Positions 19,493 to 29,597 are shown, counted from the stretch's first letter. The stretch is DNA of 64,000 bases from Candidatus Eiseniibacteriota bacterium (GCA_963744995.1 CAVUWA010000002.1:32001-96000), one strand, 5' to 3'. Notes: a model not told the origin generated them from the sequence alone. Made by a program: numbers and translations.

Positions 19493-20956
19493 ATGACCGA
19501 CACGCTGGCGCCGGTGCAGGCGCGCAAGCTGCTCATCGACGGCGAGGCCGTCGACGCGGCATCCGGAAAGACCTTCAGGACGACCAACCCGGCGACCGAG
19601 GAAGTGATCTGCGAGGTCGCGGAGGCCGGCGCCGAAGACGTGGACCGCGCGGTCCATGCGGCGCACAAGGCGTTCGCGGAGGGCCCGTGGAGCACGATGC
19701 GGCCTGCCGATCGCCAGCGGGTGCTCCACAGGCTCGGCGATCTGATTCTCGAACACGCGCAGGAGCTCGGCACGCTGGAGACGATGGACAACGGCAAGCC
19801 GATCACCGAGTCGGCGAAGATCGACGCGGCGCTCACCGCGAACTGCTTCCACTACTACTCGGGCTGGGTGACCAAGCTCACCGGCGAGACGCTGCCGGTG
19901 AACCCGCCGTTCATGGCGTACACGCTGCGCGAGCCGCTGGGCGTGGTGGGGGCGATCATCCCCTGGAACTTCCCGATGAACATGGTGGGCTGGAAGTGCG
20001 GCCCGGCGCTCGCGGCCGGGAATACGGTGGTGCTGAAGCCCGCCGAGCTCACCCCGCTCACCGCGCTCCGCATCGGCGAGCTGGCGCTCGAAGCCGGTCT
20101 GCCGCCCGGCGTGCTCAACGTCCTGCCCGGCAAGGGCCGCATCGCGGGCGAGGCGCTGGTGCAGCACCCGCTGGTGTCGAAGATCAGCTTCACCGGCTCG
20201 ACCGAGGTCGGCAAGCACCTGATGCGCACCTCGGCCGACACGCTGAAGAAGCTGACGCTCGAGCTCGGCGGCAAGTCGCCGAACATCGTGTTCGCCGACG
20301 CCGACCTGGAAGCGGCGGTGCGCGGCGCCTCGACCGGCATCTTCTACGGCAAGGGCGAGGTCTGTGCGGCCGGCGCACGGCTGCTGGTGCAGTCGAGCAT
20401 CGCCGACGACTTCGTCGCCGCGCTCGCGGCACGGGCGAAGAAACTCGTGCCCGCCGATCCGATGGACCCGAAGACGCGGCTCGGCGCGCTGGTGAGCGAG
20501 GAGCAGATGAAGAAGGTGCTGGGCTACGTCGCGCTCGGCGTGAACGAAGGGGCGAAGATCGTCGCGGGCGGCGAGCGTCACCCGGTGAACGGCAAGGGTA
20601 CGTTCGTCCAGGCGACCGTGCTCGACGGCGTGGACAACGCGATGCGCGTCGCCCGGGAGGAGATCTTCGGTCCGGTGCTCACCGTGATCCGCTTCGAGGA
20701 CGAAGCGGACGCGATCCGGATCGCCAATGACAGCGTCTACGGCCTCGCGGCCGGCGTCTGGACGCGCGACGTCGGTCGCGCCCACCGCGTGGCGCGGAGA
20801 CTCCAGGCCGGCACCGTCTGGATCAACACCTACAACTTCTACGATCCCGTCGTGCCGTTCGGCGGCTACAAGGGATCGGGCTTCGGCCGCGACCTCGGTG
20901 CGGAGGCGCTGCGCGAGTTCACGCAGGTCAAGAGCGTGTGGGTGAACATGGACTGA
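19493..20956 (+). CDS. Aldehyde dehydrogenase
   Basis: GAGGAG RBS; IIPWNFP, FTGSTEVG, LELGGKSP, GEVC, EEIFGPV, PFGGYKGSG. Confidence 0.95.
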   Translation: MTDTLAPVQARKLLIDGEAVDAASGKTFRTTNPATEEVICEVAEAGAEDVDRAVHAAHKAFAEGPWSTMRPADRQRVLHRLGDLILEHAQELGTLETMDNGKPITESAKIDAALTANCFHYYSGWVTKLTGETLPVNPPFMAYTLREPLGVVGAIIPWNFPMNMVGWKCGPALAAGNTVVLKPAELTPLTALRIGELALEAGLPPGVLNVLPGKGRIAGEALVQHPLVSKISFTGSTEVGKHLMRTSADTLKKLTLELGGKSPNIVFADADLEAAVRGASTGIFYGKGEVCAAGARLLVQSSIADDFVAALAARAKKLVPADPMDPKTRLGALVSEEQMKKVLGYVALGVNEGAKIVAGGERHPVNGKGTFVQATVLDGVDNAMRVAREEIFGPVLTVIRFEDEADAIRIANDSVYGLAAGVWTRDVGRAHRVARRLQAGTVWINTYNFYDPVVPFGGYKGSGFGRDLGAEALREFTQVKSVWVNMD

Positions 20957-21007
20957 CACGAACGCACGGACATCGTCATGAGTACATCCGAGACCCGGAG
21001 GTCCGCG

Positions 21008-22177
21008 ATGAGGCGACTCGCATACGTCGTGATTTTCACCGGACGATTCGACGAGATGAAGGCGTTCTACGGCCGGCAGGTGGGGCTCGAGCCGGCGTCC
21101 CCCGACGCCGACGAATGGATGGCCTATGACACCGGCGGCGCGCGGATCGCACTGCACCGCGCAACCGAGCACAGGCGTCAGGGCATGCTGCTGCGGTTCG
21201 AAACGGACGATCTCGACGCCGACGTGGCGGCGCTGGCGGCCCGCGGCGTCGAGTTCACCGGACCGCCGCGCGAATACGCGTGGGGACGCATGGCGGAGTT
21301 CACCGACCCCGAGGGTAACGGCGTCGGCATCCAGGCGTCGCGGAACCCGCACGACGGCCATGCGGTCGAGGTCGACAGGGTCGTGCTGAGCTGTGCGAAG
21401 TTCGCCGAGACCGCGCGCTGGTACCACGAGAAGCTCGGCCTCGAGCCGACGGAGGACAGCGAACACTGGGTGGAGTTCGACACGGGAGACACGCATCTCG
21501 CACTGCACCCGCGCCGTGACGTCGAGCACCCGCCGCATACCGAGCAGGAGGTCACGGTGGTGCTCGGCGCGGCCGACCTGATGGCCTGGGTCGAGGCCAT
21601 GCGCGCGCGCGACGTGCATTTCGCCACGGCGCCGATCGAAGAGGACTTCGGTCTCTACGCCGAGGCGGCCGACCCCGACGGCTACATGGTCGTGTTCCGC
21701 GAGCCGCCGCCGCCGACCTCGCTCGAAGAGCAGCTGGCGGCGGACTTCGAGGACGACGAGGCGCCGCACCAGGTCGCGATCCGCAAACCGGCGCAGAAGC
21801 CTTCGAAGGCGAGCGAGGTGGTCGCAGGACTGCAGCGCCGCTCGCGCCGCGAAGCCGAAGCGGCGCGCCTCGAGCGCGAGGCGAAGGCGCCGCCGGCGCC
21901 CGAGCCCAGGAGGCTCGACGTGGTCGCGCCGCGCGGCACCGGCGAAGCCGGCGCGCGCCGCAAACCGAAGACGACCCGCGACCCGAAGCGCGCGAAGGCC
22001 AAGCCGGCGATCGGCAGCCTCAAGGAATCGACGCGCAGGACGGTCAACGCGAAGAAGCGTTCGGTCGCGAAGAAGAGCAAGGCTGCGCCGGTCAAGGCCG
22101 CAGCGAAGCGGGCGGCAAAGGGCAAGGCCGCACGTGCGCCGAAGCGCGCGACCGCGCGCGGCGCGAAGAAGAAATAG
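21008..22177 (+). CDS. Two-domain VOC/glyoxalase protein with a long basic Lys/Ala-rich C-terminal tail
   Basis: Two VOC units (FY...GL...DPEGN; WY...LGL...DPDGY); tail ...AKKSKAAPVKAAAKRAAKGKAARAPKRATARGAKKK; alternative start 20978. Confidence 0.8.
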   Translation: MRRLAYVVIFTGRFDEMKAFYGRQVGLEPASPDADEWMAYDTGGARIALHRATEHRRQGMLLRFETDDLDADVAALAARGVEFTGPPREYAWGRMAEFTDPEGNGVGIQASRNPHDGHAVEVDRVVLSCAKFAETARWYHEKLGLEPTEDSEHWVEFDTGDTHLALHPRRDVEHPPHTEQEVTVVLGAADLMAWVEAMRARDVHFATAPIEEDFGLYAEAADPDGYMVVFREPPPPTSLEEQLAADFEDDEAPHQVAIRKPAQKPSKASEVVAGLQRRSRREAEAARLEREAKAPPAPEPRRLDVVAPRGTGEAGARRKPKTTRDPKRAKAKPAIGSLKESTRRTVNAKKRSVAKKSKAAPVKAAAKRAAKGKAARAPKRATARGAKKK

Positions 22178-22223
22178 GAGCCGGCCGGCGCCGCGTTCCG
22201 CGTTCACGAAAAGGGAGGATGGA

Positions 22224-23408
22224 TTGACGGAGTCACGCATTCTGCTGGCGGGCGCGGTGCGCACGCCGATCGGAAACTTCGGCGGCGCGCTGGCCGCATC
22301 GTCCGCCGCCGAGCTGGCGGGCATCGCGGCGCGCGCCGCCCTCGAACGAACGCACGTCCCGCCGGATGCGGTGAGCGAAGTGATCTTCGGCCATGCGCGC
22401 CAGGCGGGGAACGGTCCGAACCTCGCGCGCCAGGTCGTGCGCCGCGGCGGCATGCCCGACGAGGTGCCGGCCTATGCGATCAACAAGGCGTGTGCATCCG
22501 GACTGCAGGCGATCGTCAACGGCGTGCAGGCGATCCGGCTCGGTGACGCCGAGACGGTGCTCGCGGGCGGTGTCGAGCACATGTCGAGCATTCCCTACCT
22601 GGCGCCCGACGTGCGCTGGGGCAGGAAGCTCGGCGACGAGCCGCTGGTGGACGCGATGTACCGGGACGGGTACCTGTGCCCGCTGTGCGACCAGCTCATG
22701 GGCGAGACCAGCGAGACGCTCGCCGACGAGGCGGGGATCGGCCGCGAGGAGCAGGACCGCTACGCGATGAGGAGCAACCACCGCGCGGCGCGCGCGTGGG
22801 AGGAGGGCCGCTTCGCCGCCGAAGTCGTGCCGGTGACGGTCGGCACGGGCAGGCGCCAGGTCACGGTCGAGCGCGACGAGCACTTTCGCGCCGATGCGAA
22901 CCTGACTTCGATGGCGAAGCTCAGGCCGGTGTTCCGCAAGGACGGCACGATCACGGCGGGCAACGCTTCGGCGATCACCGACGCCGCGGCGGCGCTCATG
23001 GTGATGAGCGAAGCCGCGGCGCTCAGGCACGGCGCGAAGCCGCTCGGCGCGGTGCTGGGCTACGTGTCAGTGGGCGTGGATCCGGCGCGGATGGGCATCG
23101 CCCCGGTGCCCGCGGTGCGGACACTGCTGGCGAAGCAGGGCATGACGCTCGATCAGATCGACGTGATCGAGCTGAACGAGGCGTTCGCGTCGCAGGTGCT
23201 GGCCTGCGACCGCGAGCTGAAGTTCGACCACGAGAAGCTCAACCCGAACGGCGGCGGCATCTCGCTCGGGCACCCGACGGGCTGCAGCGGCGCGCGCATC
23301 ATGGTGACGCTCCTGCACGAGCTGCAGCGCACGGGGGGTCGCTACGGCATCGCGACGCTGTGCGTGTCGGGCGGACAGGGCATGGCGGTGCTGGTGGAGC
23401 GGGTGTAG
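22224..23408 (+). CDS. Acetyl-CoA C-acyltransferase (thiolase)
   Basis: TTG start after GGGAGG; RTPIG, NKACASG, NEAFA, GHPTG, LCVSGGQG. Confidence 0.93.
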   Translation: MTESRILLAGAVRTPIGNFGGALAASSAAELAGIAARAALERTHVPPDAVSEVIFGHARQAGNGPNLARQVVRRGGMPDEVPAYAINKACASGLQAIVNGVQAIRLGDAETVLAGGVEHMSSIPYLAPDVRWGRKLGDEPLVDAMYRDGYLCPLCDQLMGETSETLADEAGIGREEQDRYAMRSNHRAARAWEEGRFAAEVVPVTVGTGRRQVTVERDEHFRADANLTSMAKLRPVFRKDGTITAGNASAITDAAAALMVMSEAAALRHGAKPLGAVLGYVSVGVDPARMGIAPVPAVRTLLAKQGMTLDQIDVIELNEAFASQVLACDRELKFDHEKLNPNGGGISLGHPTGCSGARIMVTLLHELQRTGGRYGIATLCVSGGQGMAVLVERV

Positions 23409-23446
23409 GCGCATGCACGCCGCGGCTCGCGCGGGATGAGGGCTCC

Positions 23447-24184
23447 ATGATCTCTGCTTCCGCCGTCGAGGAACGCATCGCGAATCTCGGCGCGCTGATC
23501 CGCGCGGCCCGCTACGCGTTCATCATGACCGGCGCCGGCGTGTCGGCCGAAAGCGGCGTGCCGACGTTCCGCGGGCCGGGCGGCTGGTGGCGCGAACACG
23601 ACGTCAGAGAGCTGGCGTCCCCGGAAGCCTTCGCCGCGAACCCGCGCCTTGTGTGGGACTGGTACGGCGAGCGGCGGCGCGGCGTGCTCGCGTGCGAACC
23701 GAACGCCGCGCACCGCGCCATCGCAGCATGGCTCGCCGCGCGCCCCGGCATGCTGATCACCCAGAACGTGGACGGCCTGCACGAACGCGCCGGGACGCGC
23801 GACGTGGTGCGTTTCCATGGATCGCTGTGGGTGAACCGCTGCACGGCGTGCGGCGCAGAGCGCCGCTGCGAGGAGGCGCACGCCGCCGCGCTGCCGCTCT
23901 CGCCCTGTTGCGGCGCGCTCGAACGACCCGGCGTCGTGTGGTTCGGCGAGGCGATTCCGCGAGCGGTGTTCGACGCCGTGGACGACGCGCTCGCCAGGGC
24001 GGACGTCATGCTGGTCGTCGGCACCAGCGGGCTGGTGTTCCCCGCAGCCGGCGTGGCGCAGCAGGCGCGGCTGCGCGACATTCCGGTCATCCACGTGAAT
24101 CCGGACGAGGTGGGCGGCGACGATCCGAAGTGCGTGCCGCTGCCGGCGGGCATGGCGATGCCGCGGCTGCTGCCGTCCGGCTAG
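23447..24184 (+). CDS. cobB: NAD-dependent protein deacylase (sirtuin, CobB-like)
   Basis: TGAGVSAESGVPTFRG, WYGERR, TQNVDGLH, CTAC...CC, RPGVVWFGE, VGTSG. Confidence 0.88.
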   Translation: MISASAVEERIANLGALIRAARYAFIMTGAGVSAESGVPTFRGPGGWWREHDVRELASPEAFAANPRLVWDWYGERRRGVLACEPNAAHRAIAAWLAARPGMLITQNVDGLHERAGTRDVVRFHGSLWVNRCTACGAERRCEEAHAAALPLSPCCGALERPGVVWFGEAIPRAVFDAVDDALARADVMLVVGTSGLVFPAAGVAQQARLRDIPVIHVNPDEVGGDDPKCVPLPAGMAMPRLLPSG

Positions 24185-25503
24185 GCCTCCGCCGGGCGGG
24201 CGGGCGTCGCGGGGCGCGCGCGCAACAGCGGCGTGCCGGCGACGACGAGCAGGATGACCGTCGCGCACACGAAGAACACGCCGGCGCCGACACGGTCGTA
24301 CAGCACGCCGCCGGCGATCAGGCCGACGATGCTGGCCAGGGCGCCGAGGCTGCCGGCGACGCCCTGCACCGCGCCCTGGTGTTCGGCGCCGGCGCGGGCG
24401 GAGAGCACCGCGACGATCGACGGCCACATCACGCCGTTGCCGAGCGCGAGCAGCAGCACGCCGCCGTAGATCGCCGGTCCGGTGCGCATGGTGAAACACG
24501 CGAAGCTCGCCGCGAGCGCCACGCCGCCGCTGGCGATCAGGGTGAGATCGCTGAAGCGCCGCGACGCACGGGCGAGCACCGGACCCTGCACCAGCGCCAT
24601 CGCCGCGCTCATCACCATGAAGAACGTTCCGGTCTGCGCGACGCTCCAGTGCAGGCCGGTGGCGGCGTACACGGGGAAGGCGATGTAGAAGAAGTTGAAC
24701 CCGAGCATGACGAGGAAGTGGATCGCCAGCACCGGCGTCACGCCCGGCAGGCGGATCGTGCGCCACGTCGTCAGCGCCGGCGGCTTCTTCAGGCGGTAGC
24801 AGGGGCGGCGCTCGGCGCCGAACACGTGGCGCATGTGCGCGGCATCCGGCACCGCCTCGAGCGGGCGCGGGTGCGATTCGGGCAGGCCGAACGCGATCAG
24901 CGCGAGTGCGATCACGGAGATCGCGGCCGCGGCCAGGACCGGCAGGATCTCGCCGAGCGCGGTCGCGCCGAGCACGCCGGCGAGCGCCGGGCCGATCACG
25001 AATCCCAGGTTGCTCGCCAGCGCGAGCTTGCCGAAGTGCGCGCTGCGATCGGCGTCGGTCGAGATGTCGGCGAGGTAGGCCGTCGCCACCGAAATGTTGC
25101 CGCCGGTAAGCCCGTCGGTTGCGCGGGCGAGAAACACGACCAGCAGCGGCAGCGTGAGCGCGAACGAGCCGGCGAACGGTGCGTCGATCCGCGCGAGCGG
25201 CCCGGTGGGCAGCGCGAACGCCACGAGGAACACGAGCCACGACAGCAGCGTGCCGCCCTGGCTCACGAGCAGGATCCGGCGGCGGCCGAAGCGGTCGGAC
25301 CAGCGCCCGAGCACGGGGGCCGCGATCAGCTGGAAGAACGAGTAAGTGGCGCCGACCACGCCGTACACGAACGCATTGCCGCCCCAGCGCGTCACCAGGT
25401 AGACGAGAAAGGGAATGACGAGGCTGAAGCCGAGCGAGCCGACGAAGTGCACCGACAGGATCGGATAGATCGAAGGCGCCGCGCGCGGGCCGGAAGGCGT
25501 CAT
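24181..25503 (-). CDS. MFS transporter (TetA/DHA1-like)
   Basis: GRWSDRFGRRRIL motif A, GGNISVA, GFVIGPALAG; about 12 TM helices. Confidence 0.88.
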   Translation of the reverse strand: MTPSGPRAAPSIYPILSVHFVGSLGFSLVIPFLVYLVTRWGGNAFVYGVVGATYSFFQLIAAPVLGRWSDRFGRRRILLVSQGGTLLSWLVFLVAFALPTGPLARIDAPFAGSFALTLPLLVVFLARATDGLTGGNISVATAYLADISTDADRSAHFGKLALASNLGFVIGPALAGVLGATALGEILPVLAAAAISVIALALIAFGLPESHPRPLEAVPDAAHMRHVFGAERRPCYRLKKPPALTTWRTIRLPGVTPVLAIHFLVMLGFNFFYIAFPVYAATGLHWSVAQTGTFFMVMSAAMALVQGPVLARASRRFSDLTLIASGGVALAASFACFTMRTGPAIYGGVLLLALGNGVMWPSIVAVLSARAGAEHQGAVQGVAGSLGALASIVGLIAGGVLYDRVGAGVFFVCATVILLVVAGTPLLRARPATPARPAEA

Positions 25504-25614
25504 GGCGGGGCACGCTATCACAGCCGTCGCGCCCGTCCGGCTTCACCGCGCGCGCGCATCGCGCTAAGGTGGCCGCGGCGATGGCGACGCGGCGCGAACC
25601 AGGAGAAGCGCGAC

Positions 25615-26451
25615 ATGGCGCAGACGATTCTCGAGTCCTTCGACGACGGCGTGTTCACGATCACCCTCAACCGTCCCGACAAACTCAATGCGTTCGCCGG
25701 CGACATGCGCGAGCGCATGGTCGCGGCGCTCGACCGGGCCGCGGCACGCGCCGGCGTTCGAACGGTCGTCCTGACCGGCGCGGGCCGCGGCTTCTGTGCG
25801 GGCGGCGACGTGGGCCGCATGCGCGAACTGCGCGACGGGGCGGACGGCGCGGCGGACTTCCGTGCGCTGCTCGAAACGGGGCGCGACGTCGTGTCGCGGC
25901 TCGCGGCGCTGCCGGTGCCGACGATCGCCGCCGTGAACGGCGTGGCCGCCGGCGCGGGCATGAACCTCGCGCTCGCCTGCGACCTGCGCATCGCCTCGGA
26001 TTTGGCGAGCTTCGGCGAGACGTTCGTGAAGATCGGCCTACAGCCCGACTGGGGCGGGACCCATCACCTGCCGCGGCTCGTCGGCACCGCGAAGGCGCTC
26101 GAGCTCGCGTGGCTCGGCGACGTGATCGACGCGGCCGAGGCGCTGCGCATCGGGCTCGTGAACCGCGTCGTGCCGCATGCTGAGCTCGCCGATGCGGTGC
26201 GCGATCTCGCGGGGCGGCTGGCGACGGCGCCGCAGAACGCGGTGCGCGCGATCAAGCGCACCATGCGCGCGGGGGCGCAGGCCTCGCTCGCCGAGGCGTT
26301 CGCGCTCGAGAACGAAGCACAGATGACGCTGTGGATGTCGCCCGACGTCACGGAAGGGCTCGCCGCCTTCGCCGAACGCCGCGCGGCCGCGTTCCGCGGC
26401 GGGCTGATCGGCGCGCCGGCTCCTTCGCGGGCCGCGCGCCAGTTCGAATAG
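25615..26451 (+). CDS. Enoyl-CoA hydratase/isomerase (PaaG-like)
   Basis: LNRPDKLNA, FCAGGD, NGVAAGAG, FVKIGLQPDWGG; AGGAG RBS. Confidence 0.85.
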   Translation: MAQTILESFDDGVFTITLNRPDKLNAFAGDMRERMVAALDRAAARAGVRTVVLTGAGRGFCAGGDVGRMRELRDGADGAADFRALLETGRDVVSRLAALPVPTIAAVNGVAAGAGMNLALACDLRIASDLASFGETFVKIGLQPDWGGTHHLPRLVGTAKALELAWLGDVIDAAEALRIGLVNRVVPHAELADAVRDLAGRLATAPQNAVRAIKRTMRAGAQASLAEAFALENEAQMTLWMSPDVTEGLAAFAERRAAAFRGGLIGAPAPSRAARQFE

Positions 26452-26472
26452 GGCGGGAGCCGTCCCCGCAGG

Positions 26473-26496
26473 GTCCGCCGCCGCGCGGCGGCGGAC
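26473..26496. terminator. Hairpin between convergent genes
   Basis: GTCCGCCGCC-GCGC-GGCGGCGGAC. Confidence 0.5.
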
Positions 26497-26514
26497 TCGC
26501 GGATCGAGCGGGGG

Positions 26515-26721
26515 TCACTTCGTGAGGACGAACGTGACCTTCATGTTGACGCGGTACTCCGAGATCTTGCCGCCGGGCCCGCAGATCACCTTCTGGTCCT
26601 TGATCCACGCGCCCTTCACGTTCTTGAGCGTCTGGTTCGCGCGCTTGAGTCCCTGCGCGACGGCATCATCGAAGCTCTTTTCGGAGGAAGCGAAGATCTC
26701 GGTCACTCGTGCGACGGACAT
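26515..26721 (-). CDS. Dodecin-family flavin-binding protein
   Basis: MSVARVTEIFASSEKSFDDAV...RANQTLKNV...EYRVNMKVTF; AAGGAG RBS. Confidence 0.9.
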   Translation of the reverse strand: MSVARVTEIFASSEKSFDDAVAQGLKRANQTLKNVKGAWIKDQKVICGPGGKISEYRVNMKVTFVLTK

Positions 26722-26989
26722 GGCATGCTCCTTGGGTTGAGGGGTGGTCCGCGCGCAACCGGGCCGCGGAAACGCGCGACACGAACCCTCGCAACGTAGC
26801 CACCACGCGGCATGCGGGCAAATCCGTGCCGTCCCCGCCTTCGGCGTGGACAGGCCCTGCCGATTGGGCAAGAATCGCCCGGCGAGACGTTGCCCGTCCG
26901 CTGTCTGCCGGCGTGCCGCCGGACGTCGGCCGAACGTCCGGTTGCGACGTGCAGGAGGACCGCACGCCGATCTCCGAAAGGAGTCGAGA

Positions 26990-27824
26990 TTGAGCGACCA
27001 GCCGCAGTCGGGTCCGTTCCAGCCCCCCGCGACCCTCGGGGGCGCCGATGCCTCACCGCCGGGCGAGCCGCCGCGTCCGCCTCACGATCCCCATGCCGGA
27101 GGTCCGCCGCCCGGACCGCCTCGCCGCACCGCCCGGAGGCCTGCCGCCTGCGGGCGCGTCCGGTCTGCCGTGGGAGAACCGCGCGCAGCTGGGCTTCGGT
27201 CCCGCGCTCATGCAGAGCATCAAGCTGTTCATCAACGCGCCGCGCGACGCCTACGACGCCGCGCTGCGCAAGGGCGACTACGGCAGCCCGGCGCTCTGGG
27301 TGCTGATCTTCGCGTTCGTCGCCGCGCTCGTTCAGTGGGTCTGGAGCATGGCGCTGGCAGGCCCGATGACGGCGTTCATGACCGCCATGATGCCCGACTC
27401 GGCCCGCGGCGAATTCGCCGCGACGATGGCCGCAGCGATGGGATTCGCCGGCATCGCGGGTCTGGTGAAGACCATCCTCTTTCCGTTCTTCGCCCTGATC
27501 GGCGCGTTCGTCCTCGCCGCGATCTATCACCTCGCGCTGATCGTTGCGGGGGGCGGCAGGGATTCCGAGTCCGGGTTCGAGGGCACGTTCCGGGCCTTTT
27601 CCTACAGCAGCATCACGCAGATTGCAGCCATCATCCCGTTCATCGGCGGCCTGATCGCCGCGGTGTGGTGGATCGTGCTGCTCGTGATCGGCATGTCGTC
27701 CATGCACCGCATGTCGACCGGCAAGGCGGTGGTCGTCGTGCTGATCCCGCTGTTTCTGTGCTGTGCGTGCGTCTCGATCGCGATCGCGCTCGGCGCGATG
27801 GCGAGCCTGGCCGGACATCGATGA
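26990..27824 (+). CDS. Yip1-domain membrane protein (frameshift near 27125)
   Basis: TTG 26990 after AAGGAG, Pro-rich N-terminus, then LPWENR...FEGTFRAFSYS...IIPFIG in ORF 27048..27824. Confidence 0.75.
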
Positions 27825-28231
27825 GCGTCGCGCCGCGCATGGCGCCCGCCATGCCGGCGGGCCGTCAGCTCGGCCTGCTGTGGGGCGGTGTCGCGCTCGG
27901 CCTGGTGCTGCTCGCGCCGCTCGCGGACCGGATCGCGGCGGCGCTGCCCGCGTGTCCGTTCCGGTCACTCACCGGCATTCCGTGTCCCACCTGCGGCTCG
28001 GGCGGAGCCGCGCTCGCGCTCGCGCACCTCGATTTGGGCGGGGCGCTGGCGGCTTCGCCGCTCGCCGCGCTCGGCTGGGCGGCGCTGGTGGGCGGCGGGC
28101 TCCTCGCCGGGGCCGCGGCGCTGCGCGGCTTCGTCCTGCCCGAATGGCCGGCGCGGATGAGCGCGCCGTGGCGGATCGCCGCGGTGCTCGTGCTGCTCGG
28201 CAACTGGGCGTACCTGGTCGCGACGCGCTAG
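27821..28231 (+). CDS. DUF2752-family membrane protein
   Basis: CPFRSLTGIPCPTCG motif; ATGA overlap with the Yip1 gene. Confidence 0.85.
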   Translation: MSVAPRMAPAMPAGRQLGLLWGGVALGLVLLAPLADRIAAALPACPFRSLTGIPCPTCGSGGAALALAHLDLGGALAASPLAALGWAALVGGGLLAGAAALRGFVLPEWPARMSAPWRIAAVLVLLGNWAYLVATR

Positions 28232-28309
28232 GAACGGCCGCGACGCGCCAGGAACGGCCGCGACGGCGCATCCGCCTGCCGCGCGGAGCGCCGCCGCCGC
28301 CGCGCCGCC

Positions 28310-29110
28310 CTACGCCGCCTTCACCGCTTTCACCTTCACCGATCGCACGACACGGAACGCCTCGCGCTCGGACGAGCCCTCTTCCAGCGCGTTCGCACCG
28401 ACGTCGTAGCCCGACTCGTTCACGATCTCGACGTCCGTGAACCCGGCGTCGCGCATGAGCCGCAGGTAGTCTTCCCTGAGTGCCGCGCCGGCGACGCAGC
28501 CGACGTAGAGCTCGACGTTCTTCCGCAGCTCGGGGCCGATCTCGCGCGTGAGCACGAGGTCGCTCACCATCATGCGCCCGCCGGGCCGGAGCACGCGGAA
28601 CGCCTCGCGGAACACCTGATCCTTGGCGGGGGAGAGGTTCACGACGCAGTTCGAGATGATGAGGTCCACCGAGCGGTCGGCGACCGGCAGATGTTCGATC
28701 TCGCCGAGCCGGAACTCGACGTTCTCGAATTCGCTCTTCGCCAGGTTGGCGCGCGCCTTCCGGATCATCTGCGGCGTCATGTCCACCCCGATCACGCGGC
28801 CGGCGGGCCCCACGGCCTGCGCGGCGAGGAAGCAGTCGATGCCGGCGCCCGAGCCCAGGTCGAGCACCGTCTCGCCGGGTGCGACCTCGGCGAACGCGAG
28901 GGGATTGCCGCAGCCGAGTCCGAGATCGGCCCCTTCGGGGATCGCGGCGAGTTGTTGCTTCGTGTAGCCGATCTGCAGCGCCGCGCCGTCGGCGTCGCTG
29001 CACCCGCAGCCGCACCCCGCGGCCGGTTCGCAGCAGCCGGTGGCGCGGCCCTCCGCGATCTCGCCGTACTTTTCACGCACCACGTCGCGCACATCATGGG
29101 TGTCAGGCAT
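28310..29110 (-). CDS. arsM: Arsenite S-adenosylmethyltransferase
   Basis: GLGCGNP, LDLGSGAGID, GVDMT, ISNCVVNL, GCVAGA; Cys-rich N-terminus. Confidence 0.93.
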   Translation of the reverse strand: MPDTHDVRDVVREKYGEIAEGRATGCCEPAAGCGCGCSDADGAALQIGYTKQQLAAIPEGADLGLGCGNPLAFAEVAPGETVLDLGSGAGIDCFLAAQAVGPAGRVIGVDMTPQMIRKARANLAKSEFENVEFRLGEIEHLPVADRSVDLIISNCVVNLSPAKDQVFREAFRVLRPGGRMMVSDLVLTREIGPELRKNVELYVGCVAGAALREDYLRLMRDAGFTDVEIVNESGYDVGANALEEGSSEREAFRVVRSVKVKAVKAA

Positions 29111-29130
29111 TTCGATTCTCCTCGTTCGAT

Positions 29131-29505
29131 TCAGCCGATGCGGCCGACGTCGGGAACCGGGTCGGTCAGCGCCGTGATCAGCGACTGGACTTCACTCACG
29201 GTCGCGGGGTCGATGCAGTAGCAGACACGCGGCGGGTCGATCGTGCCGCGGATCAGCCCCGCCTCTTTCAGGACCTTCAGGTGCTGCGACACGGTGGCCT
29301 GCGAAAGCGGCAGCCGGCTGACGATGTCGCCGCATACGCACTCGCCGCTCTGGACGAGCATGCGCACGATCGCCACCCGCGCCGGGTGACCGAGCGCCCG
29401 CGCGAGGCGCGCGAGGCGTGCCTCGGCGGCCACCGGGGCCGGCTGCGCCGCCGGGCGCGCCCCGGCGCGCCGCGCCGGGGCCTTCCGGGTCCTTTTATCG
29501 TTCAT
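29131..29505 (-). CDS. arsR: ArsR/SmtB-family repressor
   Basis: [28 protein letters not shown]; immediately upstream of arsM. Confidence 0.9.
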   Translation of the reverse strand: MNDKRTRKAPARRAGARPAAQPAPVAAEARLARLARALGHPARVAIVRMLVQSGECVCGDIVSRLPLSQATVSQHLKVLKEAGLIRGTIDPPRVCYCIDPATVSEVQSLITALTDPVPDVGRIG

Positions 29506-29522
29506 CGTCGAAATACGATGAA
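29501..29522. promoter_or_regulatory. Putative ArsR operator
   Basis: Perfect inverted repeat TTCATCGT-CGAAAT-ACGATGAA overlapping the arsR start codon. Confidence 0.75.
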
Positions 29523-29597
29523 CCGGATCCGCCCCGGACGCAAGCGAAATCTGCGACAGGGACGGCCCTGGACCCCGCGGCCGCCGGTGGCGGCCCG

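Noticed and set aside
18437..20956. 839-aa histone-like/ALDH fusion ORF in the track
   Set aside because: The middle part is out-of-frame DinB sequence, and the ALDH has its own RBS and ATG at 19493. The fusion results from the extra base near 18821.
19400..22453. Very long antisense or alternative-frame ORFs (also 3369..5999, 14164..16860 and the 5' parts of 23587..26451 and 12218..14434)
   Set aside because: These are Arg/Ala/Pro-rich shadow ORFs expected in high-GC DNA, overlapping well-supported genes.
23447..24184. Sir2-based anti-phage defence system
   Set aside because: This is a canonical stand-alone CobB-type sirtuin with a Zn ribbon in a metabolic operon, with no defence-associated partner genes.
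28230..28265. Short direct repeat AGGAACGGCCGCGACG x2
   Set aside because: Only two copies in a convergent intergenic gap, with no evidence of function or of a mobile element.
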